Position numbers and translations under genes: made by a program. DNA of 64,000 nt from an uncultured Gemmatimonadaceae bacterium (lineage in GTDB: Bacteria > Gemmatimonadota > Gemmatimonadetes > Gemmatimonadales > Gemmatimonadaceae): the NCBI GenBank assembly GCA_963716745.1, contig OY970320.1, forward strand, positions 128,001 to 192,000, in the 5' to 3' direction. Shown here one piece after another: positions 60,970-64,000 of the stretch. Numbering within the stretch: the first letter of the stretch is position 1; every line of letters starts with the position of its first letter. A model generated the notes under the pieces. The model had not been told where the DNA came from. It searched no databases and was given only the letters and a program-made list of their open reading frames with translations.

Positions 60970-61382
60970 GAGTGCGCGCCCTCGGGATCCTCGGCGGCAA
61001 TGCCGGTGAGTTCCGCGACGCGCGTGTACAGTTTCTTGGGGCTGAACGGCTTCGTGAGGAAGTCGTTCGCACCCAGCGCGAGCGCCTGACGGTAATGCTG
61101 CTCCTGGCCGGCCGCGGTGAGGATGATGCAGGGCACCGATTTGAGCCGCTCGTTCTTGCGGATGTTCGCGAGCACATCGAGCCCGCTCATCTTCGGCATC
61201 ATCACGTCGAGGAGGGCGAGCGCGAGGGCCGGCGATGCCTCGGCCATCTGGAGCGCCTCCATGCCGTCGTACGCGAGCATCACGTCGAACGGTCCCTGCT
61301 CCAATTTCATCTTGATGATGCGGCCGATGTGCGGTTCATCGTCGGCCACGAGCACCTGGAGCCGGGCGCCGGGGTCGGGCAC
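60966..61382 (-). CDS. single-domain response regulator (CheY-like)
   Basis: VADDE, LDVMMP, ILTA, FLTKPF. Confidence 0.95.
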   Translation of the reverse strand: MPDPGARLQVLVADDEPHIGRIIKMKLEQGPFDVMLAYDGMEALQMAEASPALALALLDVMMPKMSGLDVLANIRKNERLKSVPCIILTAAGQEQHYRQALALGANDFLTKPFSPKKLYTRVAELTGIAAEDPEGAHS

Positions 61383-61386
61383 CGGG

Positions 61387-61740
61387 TCAGACGAGCGCCG
61401 CGATGTTCGCGCGGTTCCGGCGCAGCTCGAAGAGCAGCTGGCCGAGGTTCGCCGACGGCTGCGCCAGCACCAACAGGATCGCGTCCGCGTTCAGGACGCA
61501 GACGACGGCGATGCCGTGCCCGTACTCGAGGATGGCCGTCTGGAGCGCGCCGCGCCCATCGTGGGCGCCGAATTCGTCGCCCGCCGCGACGATCTGCGGC
61601 ACGAGCGCCGCCATGCTCTCGGCGTCGATCGCGGACTGGACATCGCTGTCGATGAGCAGGCCATCGCGGCCGAGAACGACCGCGGCCTCGACCCCGTCGC
61701 GCTGGCGTAGGACGCCGACGAGGTCACGGATGGTTGGCAT
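61387..61740 (-). CDS. Roadblock/LC7 (MglB-like) protein
   Basis: GVEAAVVLGRDGLLID, ILEY..G, ANLGQL. Confidence 0.88.
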   Translation of the reverse strand: MPTIRDLVGVLRQRDGVEAAVVLGRDGLLIDSDVQSAIDAESMAALVPQIVAAGDEFGAHDGRGALQTAILEYGHGIAVVCVLNADAILLVLAQPSANLGQLLFELRRNRANIAALV

Positions 61741-61883
61741 GCGCGCTCCGGCGGGTTCGGGTGGTGCGAAGCTACTCGATGCGCTCGGGGCAAGTCAAGC
61801 CACGAGAATGGCTTGAACCTTCCCAGCCGGCGGGGTATTCTTCGCTGGATGTCCACTCGTTCGCTCCCTCGACAGGTATCTTG

Positions 61884-62513
61884 ATGAAGGTCCGTTTCAT
61901 TGTCCTCGCGGCTGGTGCGGCCGTCGCATTCGCGATCGGCGCCTGCAGCGGTCCGACGCAGCCCATCGCTACGAGCGCGACTGTCTTCGACACCGGCGGC
62001 CTGTACGCGTTGAGCGATGCCCCGGTCAGTGGGCCCACCGCGATCGCCACCTTGGTGCTCCTCGGCGGCAATCTCTACGGACCGCTCGCCGTGCGCGCGG
62101 TGCCCGGCGTCGACTTCAATGTCGCGTTCGACATCAACGGGGCGACCGCGATCGCGATGCCCACGCACGCGGTCATGTTCTCGCCGGTGTTTTTCGGCGC
62201 GATCGAGGAGGAGACGACGCTGCCGTTCGACAGCATGCTCACCGCGCCGACGGTCGGCTATACGGATTCGTTGACCCTCACGCTCCATCCAGGGTCGCGC
62301 TTCTACGTGCAGTCGTTCACGTCGAACCCGGCGTGCGCCGCGCAGCAGACGACGGCGCGCCACTACATCTATTCCAAGATCATCATCGACAGCATCAACT
62401 ACACTCCGTGGGACGCCGTCACGGCGCCGAGCGGCCATACGCTGTATTACCGGCTCGTGGTCGATCCGAACTGCGGATTCCTGGGGCTGGGCCCGGGCTT
62501 CCCTAAGGAATAG
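61884..62513 (+). CDS. hypothetical lipoprotein
   Basis: Lipobox IGAC; C-terminal DPNCG. Confidence 0.7.
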   Translation: MKVRFIVLAAGAAVAFAIGACSGPTQPIATSATVFDTGGLYALSDAPVSGPTAIATLVLLGGNLYGPLAVRAVPGVDFNVAFDINGATAIAMPTHAVMFSPVFFGAIEEETTLPFDSMLTAPTVGYTDSLTLTLHPGSRFYVQSFTSNPACAAQQTTARHYIYSKIIIDSINYTPWDAVTAPSGHTLYYRLVVDPNCGFLGLGPGFPKE

Positions 62514-62515
62514 CG

Positions 62516-63791
62516 GTGCATGACGTCCGGCTGCTGCGCGAGAACCCGGAGGCCTTGCGCGAGGGGTTGCGGCGCCGGGGAGTTCTCGATGCGCACGAAT
62601 CGATGCTCGCTCGCGCCGCGCAGCTCGAGCGTGAACGCCGCGCGCTGATCACGGCGAGTCGAGGAGAAGAAGGCCGCTCGCAATTCGGCGTCGCAGGAAG
62701 TGGCACGCCGCAAGAAGGCGAAGGAGAATGCCGATGCGCTGATCGCGGAGACGCGGAGCCTCGGCGACGCGATCACGGGATCCGAAGCGAGCCTCGCCGC
62801 GGTCGAGAGTGAGCTCGACGCCATCTTGATCGCGATCCCCAACATCACGCTCGCCGCGGTTCCGGAGGGCGGCGAATCCGCCAACGCCGTCGTTCGCAGT
62901 TGGGGCGAACCGCGCCCCGTGGCCGGCGTAGTTCCCCACTGGGAGATCGGCGAGAGGCTTGGCATACTCGATCTCGCCGCGGGCGCCAGGATCGCGGGCT
63001 CAGGATTCATCGTGCTTCGCGGCGCGGGCGCGCGTCTCGCGCGCGCGCTCATGAGCTTCATGCTCGACATGCACACGAAGGAGCATGGCTACGAGGAAGC
63101 GTGGGTCCCGTTCGTCGTGAACCGCCGCGCCATGACCGGCACAGGGCAGCTGCCCAAGTTCGAAGAGGACATGTACCGCCTCTCCGAGGATGATCTGTTC
63201 CTCATCCCGACGGCCGAAGTTCCGGTCACGAATCTCGCGCGGGACCAGGTCATGGAAGCGAGCGCGCTGCCGATGGGTCTCACGGCGTACACGCCGTGCT
63301 TTCGGCGGGAGGCGGGCGCGGCCGGCAAGGACACGCGCGGGCTCATCCGCGTGCATCAGTTCGACAAAGTGGAATTGGTGCGCTTCGTCGCGCCCGAGAC
63401 GTCGGCGGAACAGTTGGAGCTGCTCACGCGGCACGCGGAATCGGTGCTCGAGCGCCTCGGTCTCCCGTATCGAAGGCTGCTCCTCGCCGCGGGCGACACC
63501 GGATTCTCGAGCGCGATGACGTACGATCTCGAAGTGTGGGCGCCAGGCGTCGGCAAATGGCTCGAGGTGAGTTCGTGCAGCAACTTCACCGACTTCCAGG
63601 CGCGCCGCGCGAACATCCGCTATCGGCCGGCCGCGGGCGAGAAGCCTCGCTTCGTGCACACGCTCAACGGTTCTGCGCTCGCGTTCCCGCGCACGATCAT
63701 CGCGCTGCTCGAGCATTACCAGCGCCCGGACGGCACGGTGACGGTGCCGGAGGCCCTGCGCCCGTATTTCGGCGCCGATCGGATCGGCTGA
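62516..63791 (+). CDS. serS: serine--tRNA ligase (frameshift near 62659)
   Basis: GTGQLPKF, LIPTAEVP, FRREAG, RVHQFDKVE, EVSSCSN, HTLNGS. Confidence 0.98.
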
Positions 63792-63794
63792 CCA

Positions 63795-64000
63795 ATGCGC
63801 GGCCGCGCGCCCATCGTGCTCTTCGGCCTGCTGGTCGTGCTGCTGCTCGGCGCATACGTGCTCTTCTCCCGCCGCGTGGTCGCGGAGTTGCGCGCCGACG
63901 CCGGCCGTTCGGGACAGATGTACGCGCGCGTCTTCCGCGCGCTCGCCGACCCGCGCGAGGAATCGGGGAACGCCGCACTGCTCGATCTCTCGGAGTCCAT
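63795..64000 (+). CDS. membrane protein, possibly a sensor histidine kinase N-terminus (partial)
   Basis: ATG 3 nt after the serS stop, N-terminal TM helix, open to the window end; kinase motifs lie outside the window. Confidence 0.45.
   Translation, partial: MRGRAPIVLFGLLVVLLLGAYVLFSRRVVAELRADAGRSGQMYARVFRALADPREESGNAALLDLSES

Noticed and set aside
62516..63791. serS pseudogene or programmed frameshift
   Set aside because: Essential gene, no slippery sequence, same indel pattern as many other genes

Overview
High-GC bacterial chromosomal segment. Gene content and order (pyrR-pyrB-pyrC, rpsT, scpA-scpB-rluB, moxR-Bat cluster, mutL-miaA-bshA, uppP-birA-coaX, groES-groEL, serS) suggest a Gemmatimonadota-like organism; this is an inference. 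At least 11 genes, including essential serS, are broken by apparent single-base indels, so the assembly is probably an unpolished long-read consensus. The right half (31.5-64 kb) is mostly housekeeping. The left half is accessory: tRNA-Ser(GGA), a structured terminator-containing 5' leader before a secreted lipoprotein, amtB, a cupredoxin, an AarF kinase and three peptidases. It also holds an AT-richer two-gene nucleotidyltransferase toxin-antitoxin-like module, a putative lanthanide-type PQQ dehydrogenase with a cytochrome c, and a convergent CsgG-like plus orphan PqqD/RRE operon. An ECF42/YCII cassette bracketed by CTAG-rich long palindromes and a type IV pilin follow. No CRISPR array, rRNA, integrase or transposase was seen. 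Family assignments come from motif recognition by eye; no database searches were run.
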